Source: Octopus bimaculoides
Lineage: Eukaryota
Reading direction: 5' to 3'
NCBI RefSeq assembly: GCF_001194135.2
Contig: NC_068989.1
Coordinates: 68,511,710 to 68,575,664 of the forward strand
Length of the DNA: 63,955 nucleotides
The position numbers were made by a program, and so were the translations under genes. How positions within the stretch are numbered: position 1 is the stretch's first letter; every line of letters starts with the position of its first letter. The notes below the pieces were generated by a model. It made no database searches. It saw only the letters and a program-made list of their open reading frames with translations, and was not told where the DNA came from. Positions 37,536 to 51,059 of the stretch are shown one piece after another.

Positions 37536-38860
37536 ATGTACCATTCTAAGGTAGAGGATTGGTAGAAGTGTAAAGACGTCGGACTAGATGCCTTGCTGTA
37601 TTCTTTGGTTCTTTGCCATGTTCTGATTTCAAACTGCGCCCTAGCCTACGAGAGTGGCAGACTTAATCTGTCATTTGATTTAACAACACCTGGCACCTGT
37701 GGTGAGGTCTTTAGCAGAGTCCATTCTGTTGTAATCATTTTGGCTACGTTTCCAGTTTCGAAACACTTCTCTTCCTCCCTCCTACCAAGCTAAGAGGTCC
37801 TACGTTTTTTTTTTTAATGCTAAAAGCATCATCGAATTTTTATAAAATATTAGTTTTGACTGATATGGGGGAAAGAACTAAAATTTACTTCTAAGATTTT
37901 GGGACTTTATTCATGGATATTAACTGGGTAAGTGTGTCGTCTTTGCCCTAGAAATAAAATTAGCTCATCGTCACGAATCTTTTTTTGATAATTTTATTTC
38001 TACAACGTGTACATTTGGGCACATTAAATAGGACAAAAATAATATCAGATCTTGGAACAAGTATATTATCACGTATATATCTCAGAAAATCTTGGACATC
38101 ACACAATTTTTCACACCTATAAATAAAGAGGAGAAATATTTTTAAAGCTAGTGACAGTCACCATCCAGATTCAATGTGATTAATAATACATTTATACCGA
38201 CAACTTTATATCTGATATAATTACATAAGGCATTTGTATCGTATTCAGCAGCACCTGCAAATCTCTTTGTTAATCGTAAACTTGACAAGAACGTCATGAA
38301 ATATTAAGCAAATAGATGAAGGTAAGCGCTTGATAGCGATCGTTCGATATATCAATGGAACATTAGCAAATCGATAGAAAGGAACTTTTAATGACAGCAA
38401 CTGAATTACAGTGATTGTCAGAATTCAGCTATATATCCCTTATGTTTAATCTAACAATCATTAGCCATAAAGTAAATTATCACGACTTTATTGAATGAGT
38501 TTCGTTCTATGTGTTAACTAATCAATCGTGCTTCATTATTTTTAATGTACATGAAACACCAAATACCAAACCCTTAGGCACAGAATTTCCCAATCATATT
38601 TCTATGATAAAAATTTAATTAGCGACATCTATTCCATAATAAACTACAATTCTTTCTTCTGTATCTGCGTTGCCCTATGCTGATTCGACAAGAAGGAAGT
38701 TAATATAACACATGCACGCGCACACATATGAGGATATGTGCATATATGTCTCTGTGTGTATTTGAGTGTATATATCTATACTTACATGTCTCTCTCTCTC
38801 TCTCTCCCTCTCTCTCTCTCCCTCTCTCTCTCTCTCTCTTTCTCCCTCTCAGTATATATA

Positions 38861-39040
38861 GGCACAGGCGTGGCTGTGTGGTAAGAGGGTTTTTCCCAAC
38901 CACATGGTTCCGGGTTCAGTCCCACTGCGTGGAACATTGGGCAAGTAACTTCTACTATAGCCTCGGGCCGACCAAAGCCTTGTAAGTGGATTTGGAAGAC
39001 CGAAAGTGAAAGAAACCCGTCACATATGTGTGTGTGTGTG

Positions 39041-39075
<35 letters not shown>
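38861..39075 (+). mobile_element. SINE family A 5' half followed by (TG)n, tail absent
   Basis: ggcacaggcgtggctgtgtggtaag...cgggttcagtcccactgcgtgg...gggccgaccaaagccttgtaagtggatttgg. Confidence 0.9.
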
Positions 39076-39081
<6 letters not shown>

Positions 39082-39184
39082 GTGCTTTCAACTTTTGGCT
39101 CAGTACCAGTAGTTTTTGAGGAAAGGGGCTAGTTGATTACGTCGACCCCAGTACTTGGCTGGTACTTATTTTATCGACCTTATG

Positions 39185-39194
39185 CAGACAGACG

Positions 39195-39231
<37 letters not shown>

Positions 39232-39245
39232 AAAGACAGACAGAC

Positions 39246-39292
<47 letters not shown>

Positions 39293-39320
39293 CAGGCAGA
39301 TAGACAGATAAATACATAGA
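39185..39320. repeat. (AGAC)n/(AGAT)n compound microsatellite next to a SINE B fragment (39090-39180, minus)
   Basis: Directly visible. Confidence 0.9.
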
Positions 39321-40007
39321 TAAAATACTTTTATATACACATATAAATATGTGCATGTGTGTAAATGTGTTCTTGTAAATGAGTCTGTATGTGTGTGTGT
39401 GTGTGTGTGGACTTTGCTTTTATCTCTTTACAATCGTAAACTGTACCCAGCTTGGTACATAGTTGTAGTAATTACAACTTGGTTGATTTTGGTTCGTTGT
39501 TTGTTTGATTAGGTTCGGGTTTTTTTTTTCTTTTCTTGATGACAGTTTCAATGATTGAAAGCTACGGCTACGGTATTTGACCTACGATTATAATATCGTG
39601 GGTTCAATTGCTGGAGCAGGTGACGCGTTGTATCCTTGAGCAAAGCACTTCATAGCTGAAAATTGAGTACCAGCTGTGTGCTGGTGTCTCTCTCCCCACT
39701 TTCAACTATCAAACTTTGGATGTGCCGCTGGATCAAAGCGTGAGAGAGCGAGAGGGTGTCTATGTCTGCTCGTAACCACGTAAGCACCCAAAAAATAGTT
39801 GACGAAAGCCTGGTACATGATACCTAACCATACACGTTTGCGCGTGTCAACGAGCTCTTTATGATTTAATGACTTATTCAAAGATAGAGTGGAACTAATG
39901 ACTGTTTTCAGATATCCAAGACTGGCATGAGAATGACAGAATAGTTCCTCAGACTGGGAATCTGAGGCGAATACTTGCAGTAGAATGTATCTCGCTCAAG
40001 GTACCCA

Positions 40008-40355
40008 GTGAAGGCGCATGGTTCAGTGGTTAGAGCGTCGAGCTTACGATCATGAGGTTGTGAGTTCGAATCCCGGATCGGGCTGCGTGTTGTGTTCTTG
40101 AGCAAGACACTTTATTCCACGTTGCTCCAGTTCACTCAGCTGTAGAAATGAGTTGCGATGTCACAGGTGCCAAGCTGTATCAGCCCCTTTGCCTTTCCCT
40201 TGGATAACACTGGTGGCGTGAAGAGGGGAGGCCGGTATCCATGGGCGATTGCTGGTTTTCCATAAAAAAAACAACCTTGCCCAGACTTGTGCCTGGGAGG
40301 GTAACTTCCTGGGTGCAAACCCATGGTCAGTCATGACCGAAGGGGGTCTCAGCAG
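40008..40355 (+). mobile_element. Full-length SINE family C copy with 11-bp target-site duplication
   Basis: A-box TGGTTCAGTGG 40019-40029, B-box GTTCGAATC 40064-40072, core tgtgttcttgagcaagacac...ctccagttcactcagctgtagaaatg; flanked by caaggtaccca at 39997-40007 and 40356-40366. Confidence 0.9.
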
Positions 40356-41633
40356 CAAGGTACCCAACAGAGAGATGGTCGTGTTAAACTGGACGAAGTA
40401 TTAAAGCTGTCAACCGAAAACAGAAATGGTTACTAGGTTGGGTTTCCACGAATCGTACCAAATTTTACTTCATTTCGCTATGGTAGAAGACATTGCGATT
40501 GTTAAATACTAAGTTATGTGGGTATAGCGGGACACGAACCACTGGTAGTCCAACAAACTGTGAATTCGGACAACGATACCTGAGCCTAATAAAAATATTA
40601 AGTCTTAAAGCTTCCAAATGAGAGAATTGAAATAAAATGAGATTGGCTTTTTTTTATAATTGGACAAGGCAGGTGGTTGAATTAGAGGTGTATTGCCGTT
40701 TCAATCGACCTTAGTATACTAATGGTACTCTATTATATTGATCCAGGGTAGCGATAAAATAAGTTAAATTTAAACCCCGTTGAGATTTGAACTCTAACAT
40801 AAAAGAAACGAAATTAAATATTGTAATACATTGTCGACTCAATACTTTAATGAGAATAATTATTAATTGATTAATTGACTGATTCAAATATCAAATATTT
40901 TCACAAACATCTCATGAGATCATAATACAATATCTAAGTTTACTTCTTGCAGACAAATAAACAGATTTCTCCTGTTGCCTCTCACCCACTTCACAAGTCG
41001 TTTTATATGTTACATTTACTCGTCTGATAATTTTATACAAATATACTCAATCTCGATTTTCGCATTAGAAGTGATGCTTCAGTTTTCTATTTATGTGTTT
41101 TTCATAAGATAAACAACCGCATCGGTGGCATAAGATAAACAACCGCAGGGTAGAAATGAGATGGGATGAGTTGAGATGAGAGAATTGCAGTAATTTTTGT
41201 TTTTAATCATGAAATTACTGGAAGATTAGAACTGGGTACAAATACATAAAATATTTCAATATTTCTGAAATCTTGTTGCCACTGTGGAGTTTTGTAGAGC
41301 CACAAGCGAGCGATAGTTCATAATCTGTCATTGGAGTTGCATTGTATCCTCTTCGTCACTAAACTGTAATCTCATTCAAGCCTAGATAGATACATACATA
41401 CATACATACATACATACATACATACATACATACATACATGTGACTCGCGTGATATACACCCCTGCACAAATCGGGTTCATAACATAATCTAATCGAACTC
41501 ATTTTCCTCGAAACCATTATTTATTTCAAATTGAAAGTATTATTTATACAGGAAAACTGAAAATATAACATACCCACTATTACTTTGGATGCAGTGGCCT
41601 TGATATTCATTTTTATCATCGTACACACACATG

Positions 41634-41669
<36 letters not shown>

Positions 41670-42344
41670 TACACACACATACACATAGAAACGTATGTAT
41701 GTATGCATGCATTACTTTTTTTTATTTATTCGATTCTTTCCTGGGTGGGAGCTGGTTTTAAAGAAAGAAAACACCATCGGTGAAATTTGGACAACAGCAA
41801 CACTAATTGCTACAAACTGAATTCAGGAAAATATTTTGCATAGTTTTACTATTAAACCTACATAATTTATCTGTAAGGTTCATGTTAATTGGTCTCTGTG
41901 TTTCCCTGAAAATTTTGGCTTCTTCAGTTCGGGGCTTAGGCGCATACTAATATATCTGAGTACACCAATATTTATCGGTATAAAGGTGAATTTACAATCA
42001 GGGTAGATGATCTGCAGCTTTCGGAGTAGTTCTCCAGTGGTATTTTCTTTCTCGCTGGTTATAATAGAAATCTCATGGTAGCTAAGCTCTGACTACATCT
42101 GGTTTTCCTTTTCAACTTTTTTTAACCCTCAAACGACTATATTAGGCTTGTTATGTTTGACGGAAATATTCCACCAATATTCCTTGCGTTGATATGCATA
42201 TATTCCATGGCAGATAAGTTGATGTCTACAATTATGTATGTAAGTATGTATGTAATTACTGCCAAAGACGGTCTTATCCCATAATAAAATTAATTTGTTT
42301 GAAATTTTAAGGTGTTTCCATTATGTTGTCCAACCCCTGTATAT

Positions 42345-42592
42345 AATGCAAATAATTAGAAAATGGAGAAAAACATAGATTAACCAGTACATCGATAGGA
42401 CCACATTTAAAGTTCGTTTATTAATGCAAAGCAAGGATAACAAAGCTAATAGCTGTTTCTGATCAAAATTCCCAGAATGCAATCTATACATAAATGCGAG
42501 AATAAAATTCTATTAATAAACAAGCTTCAAATGTGGTCCTAGCGATGTACTGGTTAATCTATGTTTTTCTCCATTTTCTAATTATTTGCATT
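42345..42592. mobile_element. Foldback/MITE-like element, 81-bp inverted arms (4 mismatches), 86-bp spacer
   Basis: 42345-42425 is the reverse complement of 42512-42592. Confidence 0.9.
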
Positions 42593-43027
42593 GGTTCCTG
42601 ATAAACTTTTGTTTATCCCATTGTCACCTGCGCTCGACGTATATAGTGTCCCTGCACACCTTTGCCTGGGGATAACACAAGCAAGGGATACTGATAGTAC
42701 ATATGAATATTTTATTCCTTCGTCGGTTACTACAACTGCTAACTATATATACATACACACACACAAACACACACACATATATATATATATATANNNNNNN
42801 NNNNNNNNNNNNNNNNNNNNNNNNNNNNNNNNNNNNNNNNNNNNNNNNNNNNNNNNNNNNNNNNNNNNNNNNNNNNNNNNNNNGCTCGACGTATATAGTG
42901 TCCCTGCACACCTTTGCCTGGGGATAACACAAGCAAGGGATACTGATAGTACATATGAATATTTTATTCCTTCGTCGGTTACTACAACTGCTAACTATAT
43001 ATACATACATATACATATATATATACA

Positions 43028-43183
43028 CGACCAGCGATTCTCAGTTTCCGTCAACCAAATCCACTCACAAAGCTTTAGTCGACCCGAGGCTATAACAGAA
43101 GACAGTTGACCAAGGTGCCACGCAGAACGAGGAATGATGTGGTTGGAAAAGATGCTTCCTACCACACAGATACGCCTGTGCTC
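43028..43183 (-). mobile_element. SINE family A 5' half
   Basis: tcagtttccgtcaaccaaatccactcacaaagcttt...caaggtgccacgcag...cctaccacacagatacgcctgtgc. Confidence 0.85.
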
Positions 43184-43567
43184 ATGTTGATAATAACCTA
43201 TATTTATCGCAAATATACAAATGAGAAATCTGTTTTAATTTCATTTGAAGGCAATATTTTTCTGAAAATTCGTATTCATTTTATCCTTTTGTAGTGGCAC
43301 TAAGAAATTTACTAAATGTTAAATTATATTTAGTGTATGTATGCCTTTCAAAGTTACCTCTCATATGGTGGGTATTACTCTAAGTTTCGTGTTAATACGA
43401 GGCTCTGTGGATTGTTCAACAAGAGAGAGGTATTAGAAGTCTGTTAACCGATGCTGCTATGTTGCACAGACTTTTTTAGCTGCTGAGTCATCTAATTTCC
43501 TACTAAAGAATATGTGTATATTTACATAATACAACTAACATGTCTACATGTTCGTTGATGTGTATTG

Positions 43568-43696
<129 letters not shown>

Positions 43697-44799
43697 ATAC
43701 CTTTATTTTATTTTTAATATACACATCAACAGACATTCTTCTTTCTTTGAAAACTTATCTAATACAAAACAGAAAAAATGACAATGTAATTATCCAATTT
43801 AGGGCTAGATCTGCACAGTTTTTGGTTTAAACATGAGAAGAAATTTCTTGTACACTTCCACACAAAAGAAACCTAAGAACTTACGCCTTAATGCCCTTTT
43901 TTTTTAATTTGTTACTATAGAGAGCAATTCAAAACAACTCTGTATACAACTTCAACCGTTTTACAAGAGATGTTAGACATACAGGCTAAAAGCTGAAGAT
44001 CTAAAAGTATCCGGAGTTGTGGTTTCATAACAAAACTCTGTAAGGTTTCTTAAAACTTGTAAGGTACGGTCTTTTTCCTATAAATGCTGTTAAGAGCGTG
44101 TGAAGAGAGAATTACAACATTTAGGAGATGATGAAATAAATATAGTGAATACTTTGTTCTACGCAGAAACTATAGGAGATACCCAGAGGTATTGCAGGCT
44201 CTTCCGAACCCATCACAATATCGGAAACCCTCCGCACCATCAGCACGTAAAACAGGGTCAATAGTGTTTCGCTTCTTAATCTGTACGCTTCTCCTGAGTT
44301 TGACAGCAAGGACTAAATTAGCCTTCACCTGCAGAAAGGTTCTATCTGCGGTCGCCATCTTCAGTTAGTTTCAGCAGTCATGCCTATCTCTTTGGTGGTT
44401 TTCTTCTGTTGTCTGGGTTTCAAAACAATCTTTTACAGGTAATAGAGCACCGATCTAGCTGGGAAGCTGCGACAGTTGACTTCAGTAGGAACTGAGACCG
44501 CATGCAATCTCTTGACAAGTGCTTCATCGGTCAAGTTCTGATATTTAGTTTCCTTCAGCTGGTGAAAATGACAAGTTTGTCTTCCCATGGCTTTCTAAAT
44601 TTAATCACGATAGTTGTTATTGTATTCCTGAATAGTAGGAACATTTGTCGTCGGAACGATACTACCGCCATCTCTTCTGACATGACTAGGCTACCCTTCA
44701 GGTCCGCGTCAGTTCCAGCTGCTACACCTAATGTACAGATGTGTAGTGCGCTCGTCGGCTTTTCGTTTTCACGCAAGATGATCGAACGCATCGAGCAGA

Positions 44800-45438
44800 G
44801 ACCATAAACACATGTCTCATCACCGGTGATGATGGTCTTCATGAAGTCTGGTTCGTGGTTTACACAATCCAGCATATCTCGAGCGATTTCCATGCGAAGC
44901 TATCTTCTGCTGGCCTACCAGCACTTTGGGGAAGAATTTCGCTGACAATCTTCGCATGCACAAATTCTCCGTTAAAATTGAAATCCACTGATCATGTGCC
45001 TAGTCTCACTTCATGAGCTACACAATCAGCTCTTCGTTTCGGCTTCAAGGTCTGTTTGAGTGAGCCTTGCTCTCAAATGAAGTGCGGCCATGTTTGAAGC
45101 GGTTCTACTACTCCCTCATCTGAGTTTTTCCCATGGTATCATCGCCAAAAGATTGCTGAATCTTTTGGATTGTTTGAGTTTGACTATCACCATGCTTTTG
45201 GCTAAAACTTGGTGCAATATCTCTGTTGGATGAGTTCGATGAAGCGAAAATTATACGTGGTACACTAAACATCTGTCCTCTAGGCGTAACAGTCGGGAAC
45301 TGATGCGGCCTAGCGGTGGAGAAAATTTTAAGCATATGCATAAAGAGTGGGGTCACCTTCCACCCAAAAGATTTTGACCATGCTGCATTAGTTTTGACGG
45401 GAAAAAATAAAGTCGGATATTTTTGAACACATTTCATA
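44800..45438 (-). mobile_element. Mariner transposon 5' half (TIR to first catalytic D)
   Basis: TIR-like tatgaaatgtgttcaaaaatatccgact; TIQKIQQSFGDDTMGKTQM, NRFKHGRTS, MRRLSAKF, DFMKTIITGDETCVYG. Confidence 0.85.
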
Positions 45439-47425
45439 TGCATATAGGTTTATGTATNNNNNNNNNNNNNNNNNNNNNNNNNNNNNNNNNNNNNNNNNNN
45501 NNNNNNNNNNNNNNNNNNNNNNNNNNNNNNNNNNNNNNNNNNNNNNNNNNNNNNNNNNNNNNNNNNNNNNNNNNNNNNNNNNNNNNNNNNNNNNNNNNNN
45601 NNNNNNNNNNNNNNNNNNNNNNNNNNNNNNNNNNNNNNNNNNNNNNNNNNNNNNNNNNNNNNNNNNNNNNNNNNNNNNNNNNNNNNNNNNNNNNNNNNNN
45701 NNNNNNNNNNNNNNNNNNNNNNNNNNNNNNNNNNNNNNNNNNNNNNNNNNNNNNNNNNNNNNNNNNNNNNNNNNNNNNNNNNNNNNNNNNNNNNNNNNNN
45801 NNNNNNNNNNNNNNNNNNNNNNNNNNNNNNNNNNNNNNNNNNNNNNNNNNNNNNNNNNNNNNNNNNNNNNNNNNNNNNNNNNNNNNNNNNNNNNNNNNNN
45901 NNNNNNNNNNNNNNNNNNNNNNNNNNNNNNNNNNNNNNNNNNNNNNNNNNNNNNNNNNNNNNNNNNNNNNNNNNNNNNNNNNNNNNNNNNNNNNNNNNNN
46001 NNNNNNNNNNNNNNNNNNNNNNNNNNNNNTGTGTGTGCGTGTGTGTGTGTGTGTGTATATAAAGTAAATTAGGTAACCGGAAAGCTACCAGTATGTAAGT
46101 GTCCGGAAATATTTCCTCCCCCCGTTGTATATGTTTTTATGCTTTCACAGATATCAGACAACGTAGTCTTAGTCTTTTATGCTCTTCTATTAGTGTTTAA
46201 AAGATAGAAAAAAAAAGATACAATCAATAATGAAACATAAAAAAGCACGTCACACAAATATCACGAGAAAATAAGATAATATCACATCATTATAAGGTGT
46301 CGGATTGTCGTTTACAAACGCAAAGTAATAAATAGTTTTGTCTCGGTAAAGAGGAAGTAGTACGAAGCATAGCATTAAATCTTATATTGCTGCTACTGTT
46401 TGCTAATACTTTTGTTTGTTATTTTTTACTTTATTTATTGACTTTCTTTTTGTTTTCCTCCACATTTTTTAACGAATGTGTTTATCTTTCTTTTTTCTTT
46501 TATCTCTTATCTTTAACTTCTTTTAGTCATTGGACTTCTCCGATGCTGGGACACCCCCTTGAAGGGTTTAAAAGAATATTTGCTTACAAAATATCATCTC
46601 GTAGAACAGGAGTTCAAATTCTGCTGAGTGTGACTTTGCCTTCCATATTTATATGATCACATAAGTAAGTAGCATGCACGTGTAGAGCTGTTTCCTTCGT
46701 TAATAATCACCTCTTCTAAGCTTTATATGACACATTCTACCAGTGTCCGAAGTTTGAAAGTGTTTAGTTACAAAAAATTAATTTCTCGATGTGCCGTTCA
46801 AAGGGGAAAGATCCGTCTTTTGTACTATTTAGCATTAAGTCATTTAATGTGAAAAAGTAACTTATAGTTATACTACAGTGTTACCCATCATATGACAGTT
46901 AACTTTGGAAGCATATTTTTGCCACCATACAGATATCAGGAAATATTGAATACGTACAATGACTATAATTTAACTTTTATCTCAAATTTCTTGGTATTTA
47001 TGAATAATAATTTTGAAAAGGAAACTATCTATTATCTTCAAATATAATTGAAAAGAAAAACGAAACAAAGACGTTTATATTCATTCTTAATACGTTCCGC
47101 AGATTCGATCATGAGTATGCTAGTTGCTGATGTATTTTCTCTATCTCCAGCCTTAAATGCTCTGTCACTTTTTCCTTCTCCTACCTCTTCATCTCCCTCT
47201 TCTTCTGTCTTTGATTCTCTTTCACTTTGTGTGTGCGTATAGTGTTCTTTTACTCGTTATCTGCCACCAAGCATAATACTTGCACTCATCCTACACCTCT
47301 TATTATAACTCTCTCTGTATCTCTCTTTCTCTCTTGTCCTCTTTCGTTTACTCTCTCTCTCTCTCTCTCTCTCTCTCATGTAAAGAGTAACTAGAGAAAA
47401 CAACCAGTATTTATATTGGCTCTAA

Positions 47426-47640
47426 GGCGGCGAGCTGGCAGAATTGTTAACACGCCGGGCAAAAATGCTTAATGGCATTTCGTCCGTTTTCACGATCTAA
47501 GTTCAAATTCCGCCGAGATCGACTTTGCCTTTCATCCTTTCGGAGTCGATAAAATAAGAACCAGTTGGATACAGGGATCGATGTAATCAACTTAGCTCCT
47601 TCCCCAGAAACTCTTGTGGCAAAAGTTTGAAATCAATATT
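47426..47640 (+). mobile_element. SINE family B, well-preserved copy
   Basis: ggcggcgagctggcagaattgttaacacgccgggc...agttcaaattccgccgagatcgactttgcctttcatcctttcggagtcgataaaataag. Confidence 0.9.
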
Positions 47641-48678
47641 CAAACCGGCTCCTATTAAAAAGAGATAATATAAGAAGGTTGATTCAAACAGCGATGTAAC
47701 ACTTTTTCTACAAACGGTCTTGTGCCGATATAAGAATTAAATATTTGTCTTCAAGAAGACACTAAGTCTCATAGGACAAGATTAGTTGATACAGAGAAGC
47801 TTCTTTCATTTTGAAGATTGTATTATGTACATAATAAATAATTAAATATTTCAGGTAACAAATGGTAGTGTTTTTGTTTAGCAAAGTAATTCTGTATGTT
47901 TTCACTTTTGTGTTACCGAATTATCACGAGCGTAGCATTGTCAGTAATAAAACAGTTGTATAATTCTTTATTATCTTCTTCCATAAATGAATAATAAAAA
48001 GCTTTGAAATGTTATTTTTCTACTGAATATATCTCTAAGTGCGAAAATTGTTGCTGTAAAATATCAAAGAATATCTAGAATATATTTGTTTCATTTGCAG
48101 AAATTAATACTAAAACATGTTCAAGAAACAATTTTTAGAAAACTGAAAGCAAGTGGTTATTTTACGACTTTTCAATTGTAGGATGCCTTCCAAATTTTTG
48201 TAAAGCTACATAAAATCACACAAACTATTAAATTCTATTGTTCTCACTTTATTTATTCACTGTCAAAACCAGAAATCATTTTGGTGTGTTGACGTTACTG
48301 CAAATTTTCAAGATAGGAAACTGTTATTAGATATTTCCTTGGATAATACACTAGTCTATCATATACTTTCTCAAAATAAAGAAGCTAATTTTCCTTCTTT
48401 ACTGTGAGCAAACGAATCACTCTACTTATACGTTGTTTATGCTTTCTTTGAACATACACTTTACTGTATCATGGTTTCCATTAACTTTAACATGGTCAGA
48501 GCGAGTTGTATTTTTGCCAGAATACAAGACGTTTCTAATGGCAGTATATGTATTAGATTATAGGTTAGCTATGGCTCTTATTGAGTTCTCTATATTCCAT
48601 TGTAAAGTCTAAAAATATTTCTATACAGATGTCTACGTGCACTTTAAAGAATATGCTTTCTTGCTACTTTTTCTCTGA

Positions 48679-48796
<118 letters not shown>

Positions 48797-50447
48797 TTGT
48801 CTGTACAATACATACACATATATGTATGAGATGTAATAGAAAATGTGTTGTTCATTATTTTCCTATGATCATTAATGTCTATTGAGACCACACAGTAGTC
48901 TCAGTACGCTAAGAGCTTGCCCCTTGTTCCACTACAGACATCTCTTCAGATCTCTAGTTTCTATTGTTTACGTTTTATAGATTGCATTGTCAGTGATATA
49001 ATAGTTCTGAAATTAATTCAAAATATATCATTCGAACGAATAAACTTTTACACAAAATAGATTTATCTTGATATTAATTCAAATATCAAAACTCCCTCAT
49101 CTGTGTAATAGAATATATAGTTCACAGTAAAATGCTAAAAGTACAAATCTGTGAAGTTGTACACACTGATAAAGACGTTTCAATAAATATTTGAAATTGC
49201 TTGTGATTGATAAATTGATAAAATGCAGAATTAACAATGATTTATTATATTTTACTATCTTTTTAGGGAAAACTGCAGCAAAAGATGCCGTGAAAAGTTC
49301 AAAAGTTATTTTTTGTGTACTGCGAAGTGTTGCTTGCTTATTATCATCTACCTGGTTAGAAACTTTAAATGTTTAAGATACGATAATTATCTAAGTAAAT
49401 ACTTCAGTTTTATGTATTAACTATAGAATTACCAGTCATGGCGGATAACTTTTGAAGAGTGCTTTGTCACCGTAGTGAATATGAAATGCATACAATAATT
49501 ATAATTTAAATTTTACCAAACTTCTCGGTGCTTATACAAGATGATGAAAGGAACACTAGTTTTCAAAACAAAAATATTACCTTAGAATAAATTTAAATAT
49601 AAACAAAATTCTCATTCATGTAATTCTTCTCATTAGTACTCTGTAATTTACTCCCTCTCCTCTTTATCCTCTGTCTCTGTGACTGTTTCTCTCTCGCTAA
49701 ATGTGTATAGCATTCTATTGCCCATTGCCTGCATTTCTTATGCTAGCTCTCTCTCTCACACACACACACACATACACACACTCACTCGTATCACTCTATC
49801 ACTCTCTCTCCTTTCTCTATGCGATATGAAGCGAGTCTGGAGAAATCAAATAACCAACCAACCAGCCAATAGTTATATCGGTTATTATATAAAGATATAG
49901 TAAGCAAAATTACTTATTTCATAAGCACATATTTCGTAACGCAAAATAAGATTATGCGAGATAAATAAGATAAGCTCTTAAAAACCTCAAAGAGATTTTA
50001 AACAATTTTGCAAAAAATTATTTGTACGACAACACCTCTTTGGTTTCATAATTTTTCTGACTTCGTGTTCGAATTTCTCTTAGAGATTTCCTCTTATTCA
50101 GCTTGTTGAATCTCTTCTTTCTTAGACAAATTCTACATTTATTAAATACCTCATTTCGTGGATTGACTCTTTTGAAACCAGCATCATCTTTTGGTGATCA
50201 AAAAGGTCTATGTCTTTCTTTGATGTTGAGAATGAATCTTCAACAAATGTAGATTCAGCTGTTTTTATAGAATCATTTGACAAATCTTTGCTCTAAATAA
50301 TATATTAACTCATTTATTCGCTTTAGATGATAACACATACGTTCCATATTAAATAAATAAATATATATGGAGAGAAGGAAGAGATAGAAAGAAAGAGGAG
50401 GAGAGATCTAAGGAACTATAAGTTAGAAAAAGATATGCATTCGCATG

Positions 50448-50481
<34 letters not shown>

Positions 50482-50883
50482 TGTATGTATGTATGTATCA
50501 CCGACCTCCTTTTTTAACATTCAGGATGGGTTTAAAATTTTATGAATATATAAATGGAATATTTCCACAGATAAAGTACTTAAACATTTTTCAGTTACTT
50601 CTCTGACATTCAATAAACATTGTTGAATGTGACATATTAAATTAAAGACAAATCTCAATTCTACAGATTATACATAATCTACAGAATATCAGACTATATT
50701 GAATGTTGATTCCAATCTCCGCCATTTCGAAACATTAAATTTCTTTCTTGTTGAGAACTTCCGGTGTATGTCGTCATCTATATCTAAATTTTGACAATCT
50801 AACTTACCAGGCTATGAATAATTTCATCGATAAGATACTGGTAACTGCTGTATGTCTGGGGAGTACTAGATAATCATTCCTAC

Positions 50884-51014
50884 TACAGCCACAAGGCCTG
50901 AAATATGTGGGGGGAGCTAGTCGATTACATCGACCTCAATACTTTACTGGTACTTAATTTATCGATCGACCGTGAAAGGTGAAAGGTAAAGTCGATTCTG
51001 CCAGCTCGCCGCCT
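50884..51014 (-). mobile_element. SINE family B with internal deletion
   Basis: gattacatcgacctc...ggtacttaatttatcga...aaagtcga joined directly to ttctgccagctcgccgcc. Confidence 0.8.
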
Positions 51015-51059
51015 TGGAGAGCACTATATAATGTATTCTAGTTTGTATAGCTTAAAATT

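Noticed and set aside
40013-40085. tRNA gene
   Set aside because: A and B boxes are present, but the anticodon and acceptor stems do not pair and it continues into a SINE body
42632-43015. Identical ~135-bp direct repeat (42632 and 42884)
   Set aside because: The copies flank a 90-N gap and are identical, typical of overlapping contig ends left unmerged in scaffolding
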